Source: Bugula neritina (taxonomy: Eukaryota > Animalia > Bryozoa). Taken from it: DNA of 64,000 nt. Shown here piece by piece: positions 51,501 to 64,000 of the stretch (positions are counted from its first letter, which is position 1; every line of letters starts with the position of its first letter). The position numbers and the translations under genes are program-made. Under the pieces are notes generated by a model that saw only the letters and a program-made list of their open reading frames with translations, ran no database searches and was not told the origin of the DNA. The DNA lies in contig OZ037766.1 of the NCBI GenBank assembly GCA_964035545.1, positions 16,110,722 to 16,174,721 of the forward strand, written 5' to 3'.

Positions 51501-54500
51501 CTGCTAGAAAAAATCATGGAACTCTAAGTTATTAAAAGTTTTCCTATTACTTTATATATAAATTATGTTTCCTAAAAAGGAGAAGAATATACAAGATATT
51601 TATAACCAACATCGACATCTAAGGTTCGCTAGATCAGGAACAAAGCTCACCCATCTGTAGCTGTCAAACGGTTGAGGTGGGAACATGTCTTTGCTCAACA
51701 TCAGCTGGAATAGCTTGTTTTCTGAATCATAGTACTCATTGACTGCATGGAGTTCTCCGTCCAATTGACTTCTGATAAACTTCAAGGAAGTTAATCGTTC
51801 AACCAAGGTTTCTCTCTCTTCATCGGACAGCATAGGCAGTTTTCTATTCACAACAGGAAGGTGGGGTTATTTTAAGTCGGAAAAAATGGCATTGTCGGAG
51901 TAATTTGAGGGGCCCTGGTAGATTTAATGTTTCAGTTATTCATGTGATTACCAACACATCTACTATAGCTATATAAAGGGTAGCGTATGATTATGGCACT
52001 TTGATCTATTTACATCCAGGAGTTGAGAGTTTTCTTAAAAGTTCAACTTTTGATGTTAGCGTGAATTGAATCTACATACTACATTTGATGGCAAGGCAAC
52101 AGCAAGCAGACATATTATAGTTTCTGTAGATTAACGCAAGTGGAAGAGGTTGGAGCTAAGTGTTGCGGTATTTGTAAGCTCACTATGCCAGTTTATAAAC
52201 TGCAGGTGAATATCAATCAGACATCCTGGCCACTACATTATTTAAGCTTTCCCAACCAACACCCGCTAACAGCTGCAGCCAATATTCAGCCTACGACAAC
52301 TACAGCCATTATTACTTTCTATAACTTTAGACAAAATAAAGATTTCAGACTTGAAAATGTATCATAATTCTATTCCGATGAGATAAACTCATCGTGATAT
52401 GTGCAAATGGTGGCAGCAGGAAAAATTATGTGAGAAAACAAACGTTGTGAAAATTAAAATAATATTTTAGCTCGACACTTTATTGGGTGATTTTGTTACA
52501 TAACAAAATACTTCAACTATACCTCTAGTTGACTAATTGAAACTATAAAGTGATGTTTTAATTGACTATTACTAAAAGATCGTTACTACTTTTGGACACC
52601 AGCATAATTTTAATTTCCTTCAAGAATTAGGTAAGTAATGATAGCAACTAGAAAATTTCACAATCCGAAAACTTTCAAAAATTCACCTGATTACAAATAA
52701 GTTTAACTTCCTAGAAAACTTGTGGTGCATTTTAAATCAAGAGCGTTGTAGAGTGAAATATGAAAATTTCAAAAATGAAAGGAAAGCTATGTAGAACAAA
52801 AAGGTGAAAACACGACTTCCAAAATAAGGTTTAAAATTTTATGTTGCGAAATAATATAGACAGCAAGATATTGCCAGTATAACTAAACGAATATCACATT
52901 TATTTTTTTATAAAGCATTGCGTGTGTTCAAGCACAGAGGAGGTCATCTAGCTCCACATGCCACCGCTATGACAAGATAATAAGGCTGCGTAAGCAGAGA
53001 CACACAATATGGCGGCAAATAGTAGAAGCAGAGGCTAGACAACAACAATGTTCTCACATACAATATGTTAGACAGTTCCTGGTGGAACAATTCCTTCCAC
53101 TGCCACTTTATGCAGCTCGAGAGTCTGTAGATATGAAAAGAGAGTAAGTTGGTGTTGTTGGGTTATATATGAGTGCATTGCTACATTATACAATAATATT
53201 CCTAGATACAGATATATAACATCTGATATTAAGATAAAAATACATGATACCGTTACGATTACACATACCTTCTAGTGAAGGTACAAGTTAACACTTGTCA
53301 GGTGTTTGTTGAGAAAACAAACATTTTAGAAAGAAATAAAAAAGCAAGCAGAAAAACTGTGAGTATTATTAACTAAGAGAGCTTTTATTGAGTAGACTTG
53401 TTATAGCTAAGCACACTTACTCAGCGTCTGTAATACACAGTCTAAGAAAATACAACACAGGCGTTACTGTGACTGTATGCTGTGTAGTAGTTAAACAGTG
53501 ACTAGAATAACTAGGAGTAACCGTGGTGCCACATTAAACAGACTCCGCACTTGCCACTGACGAAAATCCGCACAGGCGAAGAAAAAGGCGCCATTTTTGT
53601 GGAATTTATGTGATGAAAATGCTGAACAGCTAGTGCGAATTGTTTCTGCCGTCATGACCTAATTGGTTAATAACTATTTAGCGAGCCCACTTTTCGATTT
53701 TCAATTCTATAATAACTTACACTCAATTGCACAAATAGTTGAGAATAGAGTGAGCGAAATTTAAAATGGGCACTGTTTAGTGATTTAGTTTTTGTACTTT
53801 CCACCAAAATCGGTTGTTTATTATCTGTAGTCATCTTTTTGCAGCAGACGTAGTTATGGAAACAAAATCGCGGTAGTCGAGCAGTAAAGTCAAGTTACAC
53901 AAATATTATTGGCTAGTACGTTTCCGCTCCGGCTGGCAACGCATTGCGTGTGGCATGTAGCTCCTGAATGCAGATTCGCACATGGAAATCTGTCTATTGT
54001 GGCTCCGCGCTAAGTGTGTGTCAGAAACAAAGATAAGACAACTACCACAACAAAATAACAAACTAAAGGGCACGCAATCTTATGTGACTAAACTTACCTG
54101 ACACGGCACCTGCAGCATGTCACAGGTGATATTTGAGACAGACATAGTTTACATGCTTATAAATTGTAATAAAAATAGAACAAGATTACAAATATGAAAA
54201 TTGATTGCATTTTAGAACTTCAAAATATTAAAGTTCAACACTTGAAAATCTAGATATACATGTCTTGAGAAAATGACACAAATTAATTAAGTCGAAGTAA
54301 GACAATTGTGCTTACCGGTCACGTATGTAGGTCAAATGTACAATTCTGGCAGCCTCGCTAAGGTACTCAAAGTGCTCAAATATAAAGTGACAATAGACCT
54401 GAATATCAGTGAGCGACTGACAGCCAAGGAAAGAGTAGAGTGACATGTGTGAGTCATACGTTTGAAGGAAGAGAACACCTGCTTTACCTGTCAACAAACA

Positions 54501-57500
54501 TGATCAATTCATACTTGCTACTTCACCACAGAGCATCTCAAAAACAGAAATACTGGTGCTGGTGATAGTATTGACTTTATATCTTCAATATCACCATGAC
54601 TGCCAAAATTGCTCACTTCTCTCAGTACTACTATTATATTACTATAACTACTCTATCACTACTCACTTCTCTCAGTACTGTTATTATACTACTATAACTA
54701 CTCTATCACTACTCACTTCGCCAAATGTCGATCTCAGCTCCAGGAATCCCAGAAGGCAGTATATAGACTTCACAGTCGGCTAGCTCAGTCTGCTGTCCAG
54801 ATATTGAGATGTAGAATGGTAGCTTTCTAAGTTGAGTCAAACACTGGGGAGTGGCATCTATCTGCCCCTTTTCTATAGCCTCAGAGAAGTACTTGAGAAT
54901 GGTGTTACACTCTCCCACATTTAGCAACTAAAATAAGCTTGAGCATATATTGGAATGCACTGATGGGTGACTGGGATATACAGGTGATTGACTGGGATAG
55001 ACTAAATCAAGATTTAATACAATACATCTTTAAGCCAAAGTCTATTTTACATACAACATGCAACAGCATTTGCCTTGACAAAAAGTATAAAGGTTATACA
55101 GTTATTAATCCTAACCAATCAGCTAGAAGCTTACAAAACACATCAACCAATCCACTGCCCCTCACCTCGCCTACACACTGGCTGGATCTGTCTACACAGT
55201 AGCTGAGACAAGTAAGAACGGAACTAGGCTCTGTAATCTTGGCACAAAGTAACCGAGTCAAGTGGCAGGTGTTAGTCTGCAGAGGAGGTGACTGCTTGTT
55301 CTCTATAAAATAGTTCATCAGTGTGTATAAACCAATTCATCAGTTCAGCATCATCTTAACATAATTAAAGCATTACTTATAACATCTATTTTATGTATAA
55401 TTCAAAATATCTCTAACATTAACAAATAGTAGATAAATATTGCATCATGTAAACAGTAATTAACAGAATAAACAATAAACTAGATCGCAAACAAGACCTA
55501 CAGAACCTCTTGAATCAGAGTCTGCAACCAAGACATCAAAGGCAGACAGCCTGCAACTCACTTGGATTTGACTTGTCATCAAACAGTTTATGATTCAACT
55601 CTGGAAGTTTGAGTTTCCTTAGAGTTTGCCTCAGTGCCTCACTCATACTGTGGGGCTGACTGAAGTCCATGACCTGGGAGAGGAGAGAAGATGCATCACA
55701 CACTGATCATATGTTAGTTACACTACCACATAATATGAACATCTACATGATGCTACAGTTGAGTATTTCATAAAATAAGTGCAACATAATGTTGGCTAGT
55801 ATATTGAAATATGACATATAAATATTAATCATATTGAAAAAAATAGACGCAACATGTAGTTTCTAGTGCCACAAGAGATGTTGACAGACACCAACCATGT
55901 GAGAATGCTGGAGAGCAACAAGAAAATTCTCTCTATCTTCAAGATTACAGGAAGTCGCTGAAGACCTTGACATTGAGAGCTTCTTAGAGATTTCTCTCAG
56001 ACTACTTCCTTCTTTGCCTATAAACATGGTTACTTCCTTTACAAAGAGAAAATGTCAATTTGATCAGCTGATAGTTAAAACAGCTGGCTATCAGACTACA
56101 CTGGTAAGCAGATTGATACACAATATTCTAACACAACACACTGGCTTATGAAAGGTAAAAAGCTGTGCACTCAAGGAGATAGAGAAGGGAAAATAAATCA
56201 CTCAAGGAGATGGGGAAGGGGAGATAAATCATGTGCAGCACACGAAAGCAACACTAGCATTCTAAGAGGTGCAGAGCGACCAAGCAACTAACTTACCATC
56301 ATCTGACAGCCCATCCTGATCGCCTAGCAATGCAAGGTAAAGATGAACATGACAGAACATGGAGGGGACAACTCACTATTCACAGGTACTTACTGGGACA
56401 TTAACTCAGTGTGCAGTGATAACATCAACAGAGACTAAACATTGTCTTTAAACAGTCATTTAGTACAGCTAGAATACTCACAGCCATGAACATTGTGGGT
56501 AGTAAACACTCACTGGCACTCAAAAGGTATTGATGCTTAATGACATACTTAATATGGTAAAAAGTAACACAAGTCATTACATAACTGGATATCTTATTTA
56601 TAATATTTTAGCTTACTGAACACCTCTAAACTTGTACTACCATAGTCAGTCTGTGTAAAATAGGAAGATTAAGAAAATTGTTTTAAGACCAAAACATAGC
56701 ATTATGTGATTTTAATCGGAACTTCACAATCTCTATAAAACTAGTTAGACTGAGAGTGATATCACTATACGTGCAGTCCACTAGGATCAACTGGAATAAT
56801 TTGAACACCAACCAAACTTCTCTAACAGTTCAACTCTCAACTAAACGCAGCACGGAGAGAGATACTCACCAACAAGCAGCTCAGACTGACTGGAGCCAAC
56901 ACCCTCTGGCACTGCATACACAGGAAACAAAGTCCAACTCTGAAGGGCAAAGAGTGTAGACTCTAAATGCTCAGTGGCGCTTATAGGGCTGTGCTCATAG
57001 TTCCTACCAAAACAACACAACAGACTGTTGGTTTCAGAGGATAAACCAACTACAAATTATACCAATAGTAAGAGAATTCTTTCTGCTCATGTAGTTTTAT
57101 GTAGTAGACTGAGTTACAACCAATTGTAATTATGTTCGGATTATTCAAATGAATTTTGTACATTATGACACTCAGTAAAAAGCCAGATTGAGAAAGAATG
57201 TCAATAAAATACTACCATCAATTAAAATCATAAAACTATGTTATTTATGGAAAGGCAGAATTGTGTCACTTCTATTATAAGCTGAGAGAAAAGCTGCAAA
57301 TTTGGGAGCAAAATGCAATTGTGGCTGTTGACTAAAAATCTTGATGTGTGCTTTTAATCTATACACATAGTTTGTGTGAAATAACTATCATGGTATTTTA
57401 ACTTCAAGTAAACCAGTTTCATCAAATTTGTGTAAAATTTTTATTTAATGAAAAATTGATTTTGAATTACCAAAGATATGACTTAAAAATAACTCACGTG

Positions 57501-60500
57501 AGTTTTTTATGACTTAAATATTTGTACTAGCTTAATCAATCATCCAAAGAGTTTCAGGCTGAAGGATGGTGCTTGAAACTGCTAATAGCTAGCCTGAGGT
57601 TCAGTATTGTGAAAATGGTGTTCTTACTAGCTGCTTCGAAATATCTCATGATTTTGTTTTTATCATGTTTAAAGTTAAGACATAAGGCCAAACTTATTAA
57701 TGTAAAATAAAAGCTAAACTTTTCTTTTCAGTTACCGCAAATATCACCCATGGCTAACAATCAAATACAATAACTATAACTTTTTGTCGAGCAGAATTGT
57801 ATAATAATCATAAAGCATTTGTATTTATTTTAGATTTTAGATGTTTGTTTTTACACAAAGATAACTTTTTGTGAAAGCCAACATTAGCACAGAATTTGGT
57901 GGGTAGAAATTCAACAATTGGGAGTTGACAAATTTGCTAATAGAAAAAGTTGATGCTAAACCATATGTCATAACTGGTTTCGGTTCTTAAAGTAATTTTT
58001 GGGTAAAAATAATTTTATAAACACAAATTAGCTGCAAGTAATAACGTGTTAAGCGTAAACAGTTTGAAATCAGACATAAAACAATTTGGTTCTATAAAGT
58101 AGTTATCCAGTTTTAGCCGTCAGTAATCCTGTGATATTTGAATTATTGAAATATCATAAAACTTTATCTTGTAAACAAATGGTATTCTGGCATAAAGTAG
58201 CAACTTTAAGAATGCTACAAGCTAGAAATCAGAGCCAAACCAAAATTTTGGCACAGTTAAGAAAGTAATTTATCGAGTATTTGAAGCCAATCATTGATGA
58301 AGAATTGAGTCCATCAGCTTTTCAATTCGAAGCAGTAAAATAATTTTTTTGCAAAAATTGTCAATTTTAGAATTCCCAATGGCTCAAATTCCAGCAAAAA
58401 CTTTCAAACAATTAATAAGGTAAACAAATACTTTCTAGAAAGGTTCAACAATAAATTTAATAAGTAGTAAACTGAGCACAACCTTTAGCATACTTACATA
58501 ATAAGCTGCCCATTCCACCTGGTAACATGATTGCATACCTGACCTGATGATGAGTATTTAGATTACAATATGGTAAGGTGTACAGAATATGTTGATTAAT
58601 GACATGTATATTTCACACAACAATATCTACACCTCATCTATGACGTGTAGAAGCATGCCTCACCTGGCAATGTGCATAGTTTGCTCTGTTAAGAAACTCC
58701 ACACACTCGCCAGCCAGGACTTGTTAGGTCTGGAAGTAGAACCAGGATTCCAAGAGACCAGAAGTGAGTCACTAGGGCAGAATTCGTCCTCTAGTGTCTG
58801 ATTAATATACAATCCTAACTCTTCCACACCAAACGGTTTGAACACTTTGATCTGCAAAGGAAAAACTTTGTATGGCATGAGATGGTTCAATCATCTACTT
58901 AATAAGTTCAATTAAAGTTGTTAAAATGATCTGTTACAGACTTGGATTAAAAATAAAATTAATGACATTAAATAATTATTGCAAAAACAAACTTTTGACT
59001 TGAAAAAATACAAATTAGAAAGTTGAAACCAGAGCTAAAACAACAGTGCCCATATCTCTTAATTACAAGTAGCTCTTAACTAACTTGTAGAAGTAGAATA
59101 ACTAACCTGTAGAAGTAGAATAACTAACCTGTAGAAGTAGAATAACTTACCTGTAGAAGTAGAACAACTAACTTGTAGAAGTAGAGTAACTAACCTGTAA
59201 AAGGAATAATTTACCTGTTGAAGGTTGTCTATGCTGATGTCAGGAAAGCTGCTAGTAATTAGGTCAGAATGAAGAAATAGGTCAGCACACTCAGGAACAA
59301 GATGGTGCTCACTGCTGTAGAACAGCTGCTCATCTTGTGATAGATAGTGTAATCTGCCGTCTTGGGCCAGCCCTGTATAACAATGGTTTTATGTCAACAA
59401 ACATGATTGGCCAGAATTACTATTCAATAAGTCAGCTGCAGAACAAAATACCAAGTGCAGAATAAAACGTTGAGAAATTTTTCACTCTGGCTTAAAGTAT
59501 GAACTAAATAAATGAGGCAAGAATTTTATTTCCAGCAGCATTTGCAACACCTTCTCTTTAGTAATGATAAGATGAAAAAAATACCTATTTGAGTTACCCA
59601 GAATATTTGTCTCTGTCTATTAATTCTAGTTTATATTTAGAGAAGAGTTTTTAGCAGAGCAAATCACACACACCGAATGGCAAGTCATCCAGGTTATATA
59701 TCAAGTCATCCATTGAGAGACAGTAGGATATGATGTCCAGCAGTGTGCGGATGTCATGGAAAGGAGTAGAGGATAGAGCAGCCGGCAGCTCTGGCATCAA
59801 CAGTCTATTGCTCTTGAGAAAGTCTACCAGAGCTTTTGGAGTCATCTGATAGGCTGGAAAAAAGAGTATTTGTTATCAGTCACTGCAATACTGAGTATGT
59901 TGTGCAGATTTTTAAAACTAGCTTTTTTGGATAAATGCATTCAGAAACATTATTTTTGAAAATCGGATATAACAAGTGTATTATGCATTCTTTGAGTAAA
60001 GAGGCTCTAAAATTTCCATTCAAATTTTTTAAATTTTGTTAGTAAATGAGTTCACACAGATTTATTGCTTGAAGCATCCAAATTTGATAAATTTTATTAA
60101 ATTATTGTGTAAACATCAATTTAAAAAATATCATATTAAGTTTTTATAATTTTCAGCTTCATGTTTTATCTACAACATTTCAACTCTCTCTGTTATATGA
60201 TAGAAAGCTTCATTTATATTTTAGGTTATATATTTCACTACCAGACATTTGTACCAAGGGTTCCAGCAACACACAGAATACTCAGAACAAGTACCTTGCA
60301 CTCCAGCCGTCACAAAAGAATTGAAAATAGAACTTGGTGAGTAGAGCAAGTTGAAGCCACCAGCAATTAAAGCACAGCACACATGTGGAGGCAGTAAGTC
60401 TTTCTCTGACACTGATTGGTCCATGAAGAATGCAATGTCATCTGATTGGCCGAGCAAAGGATACCACTTAATCTCGGCAACTGAGTTGGTAGACTGCTCT

Positions 60501-63500
60501 CCGTTCTCAACAGATGAAAGAGAGTCGGAGGACTCAGCTAGACTTCTAGGAGGTTCCCACACATCCTGTGTAACAAATGTTAGGTTTATAGAACAGGCCT
60601 GGGTAATTTTATAAACAAAATTGGTTGGTTTATAAGAAGTCAAATGCAGAAATACTTGCAAGTTAGAGCTAGTAGTACAGTATTGTGTGTAGTACAGGAG
60701 TGTGAGCAGTGTGTAGTACAGGAGTATTACAGGAGTGTGGGTAGTGTGTAGTACAACAGTGTGTGTAGTATGTGGTGCATGAGTGTGTGTAGTGCATAGT
60801 GTGAAGTATAAGAGTGTGTAGTGTAGTTACTCGTTTGAATAAATTTATCAAACAAATTTTTTCTCAGACCAGTTGTGGCTTCATTTCAATGAAACTGCTT
60901 CCATTGATCAAATGACAAATTCATTCACGGAATTAGAAGAACGAAATCGTAGTAATAGTATTTAACACTAAACAATGCAATAACTTAGATGCAGATCAGA
61001 TAAAAAGATAAATATCACTACCTTATTAAAGACAGGAAACAGTCTGCTGTCGGAGGCAGCGATAGTACGATACAGCCCATTGACTAACAGCTGCCACTGC
61101 TCATCTTGCTGTGCTTCTGGGAACAACTTATGGTACACGTCCAACAATGCTAAAGCATACATAATGGGAGCCATTCAGTGGTATCGTAATATTATACGGA
61201 ACTGTGGAAAAATCACACAAAGCAATTTTTAAACAACGACCAAACACCAACTAACCATCAGCATTCTCCAGTTTAACATGTGAAGTTTGACCATCTAAAG
61301 AGGGAAAAGATTTCTCTTTACAAGATTCCAGAAGTTTCTTGTATGCTGGACAGATGACTTGACTGATAAGTGTATTATTCCAGTCAGTGCGGCAGCCACC
61401 TGGCAACAGGAACCAGATTCATTGACTCATATCAAGTAACTCACAGCAATTCCGCTCTCTCTTACACTCACAGCTGATAAAATAGTCTAAGGAACACTGA
61501 TATACTGTCTACTAACCATCATCATCTCGCCAAAGACCCCGCCTAGCTTCATGATCCAAAGCAAAGTGGCCATTTATATGAACGGGAAGTTTGGTGTGAA
61601 TGGGTAGAGGGAGAAAACAAAACACCTACAAACAGATCACCATGAATAAATAAGTCATCATATGCTGACACCAACAATACACGTGGAAAAATTGTTTGTA
61701 GAAAGCTCATACAGTTTACCGAAGTATTTAGTCATTTTCCATGGCTTGGGGACAATATTAAAGGCAGGGCAACTCTTGTAACAACAGAATTTTCTAACAG
61801 CTACACAAACTAAAAAACTAGCCTTGCAAGGTCTTTCATTGCTTTTGGTGTTCTTAGGTGTCTGTCTATTGATGAGACAAGCTACACCTCCTCTAGGAAG
61901 TAAACTCAATTCTCCAGAACTATGGGCTATGCGAATAGAGTGAGGTACAAGTTGAGGGTACTCAAAACCAACCCTCTGCACTATCAACCTACAAAATAAT
62001 GAGAACACATGAGTCATATGAAGACACACAGACAGACACACAGATAGACAGACAGACAAACACACAGACAGGGCTATGTATTACCAGGTCTCCTTTAGCC
62101 CTTCACTGTCTTCTAATGTCATCTTATAGGCCACCTCCTTCACAGGAACATCTGCTACAGATAGCTCTTTATTCTTCAGCTTAGTGCTTATATCTTTGAT
62201 GTAGGAGGAAAACTCTTTGCGTAGTTTAGAGTATCTCTGAGTGACCTTACACTTGACGCTGTATGACGTATTCAGCTAGTAATATACACAAATATGAATA
62301 ATATACACACTCAAATTCATTTATTCCATCAAATTCATAGCTCAAGAATATGTGATTCTGGTAGTAAGCCTTGAGCCACATGGTGTGTATTTTGAACCAC
62401 AAGTAGAAAAGGTATCCACTTTACGGAACGTAGCATCAGTGAAATCGAAATACTACTAGCTAATAAAATTTGCGTTTAACTTAACTGCTAGCCTTGTTGC
62501 TATGGCTTCACGTGCGGGGGGGGGATAAATTAAATTTCTAAGCGACAAATGTGAATATTTTCTCAACGCTTACAGTGAGCACCTTTTCTACTTGTAGTGC
62601 AAATTTTCATCTGCGAAAATACGCACCGTGTGGGCCTACGCTTAGTCCAACAATCTATTAACATATATTTTTATAACTTAAAATGTGAAATGGTAGTTTG
62701 TAATAAAGGAATACAGGAATCAGATTGCAAAGACTAACAGACTTAGCATTTATTTGAGTATTTTAATAATAATTCTGTAGCTCTGAATCAAAATTCCAAA
62801 TAAAAATTTTTAACCAGTTCTGTTGGCTACTGAATTGCATGCAAGATGGCTTCAAGTCTGAATGAAAATTTATAAACAAATGAAACAATCCATATAAAAC
62901 CACAAAAATACTTAATAGTTCAGACATTTCTGTAAGCACGTGTTTTGATATTATACAAAAGTGTAGTGATGGGTGTAAACTTTAAATACTGGTGTACAAG
63001 GTATCAGTTCGGAAAGATACTTTTAAATTGTTTCGATATAAAAGAGCGAAATATAGCCCTAATAAAAAATAATTAAACAAATATTGTATATCAACTTCAT
63101 CCATTTCAGCTGGCACCTTATATAATGACAATAGCTAATATTTAACTTCCTTCTATGCAATAGACTGCAAACACCAAGTCCTGAACTCATAAGCTACATA
63201 TTTAAATAAGCTGAGTTATATAATAATATAAAATGCATATTCTACAACTCAAAGCATCTGAATTGCAAGACCTATAACTTAGCCTATCTCCAGTGTTATT
63301 CAGTTGCTATTGTACTATAAATTATTAAACCATACTACTTAAAAATATACAATGTAAAAGAATTTATAGATCTTGACTTTAAATATTAGAATTAATACAT
63401 CATGAAAGTATGTATATCTAAACCTTGGGTATTGTAATGATTCATGCATGCATATTGCATTGTATACTTTTGACAGTCAACAATACCCTACGTTAATGAT

Positions 63501-64000
63501 GAGGTCATAACTTACAGAAGAGTTCGTCCTGGGGATGTTGGACAGAGTTATCTCCTCTACATTATTAACAAATAAAAGCACATCAAACATTTCCTGCTTA
63601 AACTTCTTCATCAACTCACTGATTGTGTCCAGTGACACTGGCACATTGGAGATCTTGGAATGAGTCGCCATTTCTTTATTTCTCAAAGGAAACCTAAAAA
63701 CACATAGCAGCACTTTGACTAAAGGAAGTGATACTTAGACTAAAGGAAGTGATACCTAGACAACAGGATGTGATACTTAGACTACAGGAAGTGAAATTTA
63801 GACCATAGGAAGTGACACTTAGACTACAGGAAATAGTACAATCGCAACACTAAGATTACGGGAAGTAACACCGTAAAATAATTAATGCAACTGTGAATAG
63901 TCAGTGAATAGAAATTTGGTGTGTTTATCTCATGAGTTTGGTTCACAGAGCAGATTCAATGTTGCAGCAAAACTGCAAAACATTTAGAGAAGACTCACCT
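39590..64000 (-). CDS. SACS: Sacsin-like protein, 3' portion (SRR region, J domain, HEPN domain), about 40 exons; 5' end lies beyond the window
   Basis: FRFPLRN..., [61 protein letters not shown] domain [26 protein letters not shown] (42751-42632). [22 protein letters not shown]...YEWV...QSAEKALK (41669-40509). Stop TAA 39592-39590. One-to-one orthology versus a lineage-specific sacsin paralogue is not established. Confidence 0.93.
41800..41965. repeat. Short tandem repeats (15-bp agtgtgtcacaagtt x3; 16-bp tacagtgagttactag x~3.5) in a sacsin intron
   Basis: Read directly at 41800-41844 and ~41906-41960. Confidence 0.85.
44018..44450. repeat. 42-bp minisatellite, ~10 copies, in a sacsin intron
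   Basis: Unit tactatgttgtatgttagtcacatgacactagagacgtacag; fills almost the entire intron. Confidence 0.95.
45178..45868. repeat. 19-bp minisatellite, ~36 copies, in a sacsin intron
   Basis: Unit agtatactgtgtaggtgtc with internal palindrome cagtatactg. Confidence 0.95.
47957..48215. repeat. Degenerate ~21-bp minisatellite (ttactaactgtgagtaactag)
   Basis: About a dozen diverged copies starting ~25 bp after the donor at ~48241. Confidence 0.85.
50100..50240. repeat. Degenerate 20-bp tandem repeat (tagctaggtacgaggtcata)
   Basis: About 6-7 diverged copies. Confidence 0.75.
50622..50958. repeat. 19-bp minisatellite (ctatagttgatacactata), homogeneous core with degenerate flanks
   Basis: Near-identical copies at 50650-50860. 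Confidence 0.92.
53521..54010. mobile_element. PIF/Harbinger-like MITE in the largest sacsin intron
   Basis: Imperfect ~26-bp TIRs (ccgtggtgccacattaaacagactcc / reverse complement gcgcggagccacaatagacagatttcc), flanked by TAA on both sides (53518-53520, 54011-54013); GC-richer than its surroundings. Confidence 0.65.
54612..54719. repeat. 50-bp tandem duplication containing a sacsin splice donor
   Basis: ctcacttctctcagtact...ctctatcacta x2 ending at the true donor (GAA|GTGAGT at 54717). Confidence 0.9.
59079..59214. repeat. 22-bp tandem repeat of AG|GT splice-junction-like units
   Basis: Unit actaacctgtagaagtagaata x~6; on - it reads tattctacttctacAG GTtagt, directly after the true donor at 59215. 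Confidence 0.9.
60670..60830. repeat. Degenerate GT-rich tandem repeat (gtagtacaggagtgtgt-like)
   Basis: Diverged 15-20-bp units. Confidence 0.6.
62022..62070. repeat. (CAGA/CACA)n microsatellite
   Basis: Read directly. Confidence 0.85.
63712..63870. repeat. 21-bp minisatellite (acttagactaaaggaagtgat), ~6-7 copies
   Basis: Lies next to the acceptor at ~63694. Confidence 0.85.

Noticed and set aside
58498-58518. Possible 21-nt phase-2/2 micro-exon in sacsin
   Set aside because: The flanking exons join in frame without it, the pyrimidine tract is poor, and there is no homology support.
61150-61203. Apparent frameshift/stop suggesting a sacsin pseudogene if the acceptor at ~61202 is used
   Set aside because: The acceptor tttAG at 61150 together with exon 61399-61256 gives an uninterrupted frame.
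62410-62645. GC-richer patch with possible degenerate TIRs
   Set aside because: Terminal repeats and TSD could not be defined convincingly by eye.

Overview
AT-rich, intron-dense eukaryotic (invertebrate animal) genomic DNA. No prokaryotic operons, CRISPR arrays or rRNA were found. Seven spliced protein-coding genes were reconstructed by hand from splice sites. (1) 5' part of a collagen with a type-IV 7S-like CxGGCxC motif (-, runs off the left edge). (2) TTC12 (-). (3) RMND1 (-). (4) COMMD9 (+). (5, 6) A head-to-head pair of zeta-crystallin/quinone-oxidoreductase-like (MDR family) paralogues. (7) The 3' ~24 kb of a sacsin gene (-, about 40 small exons, J and HEPN domains). Non-genic features: four related solo LTRs (TG...CA, 4-bp TSDs) flanking RMND1, one of them nested inside a tRNA-derived SINE; two MITE-like elements; many intronic minisatellites that start at or copy splice donors. 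Most notable observations: a strand-symmetric 6-bp-periodic A[CG]T-NNN sequence lattice concentrated around gene 5' ends, domain-restricted gene conversion between the QOR paralogues, a cryptic poison micro-exon created by tandem duplication, and a highly intron-fragmented sacsin with an altered HEPN motif. All homology calls come from recalled family sequences, not from database searches.
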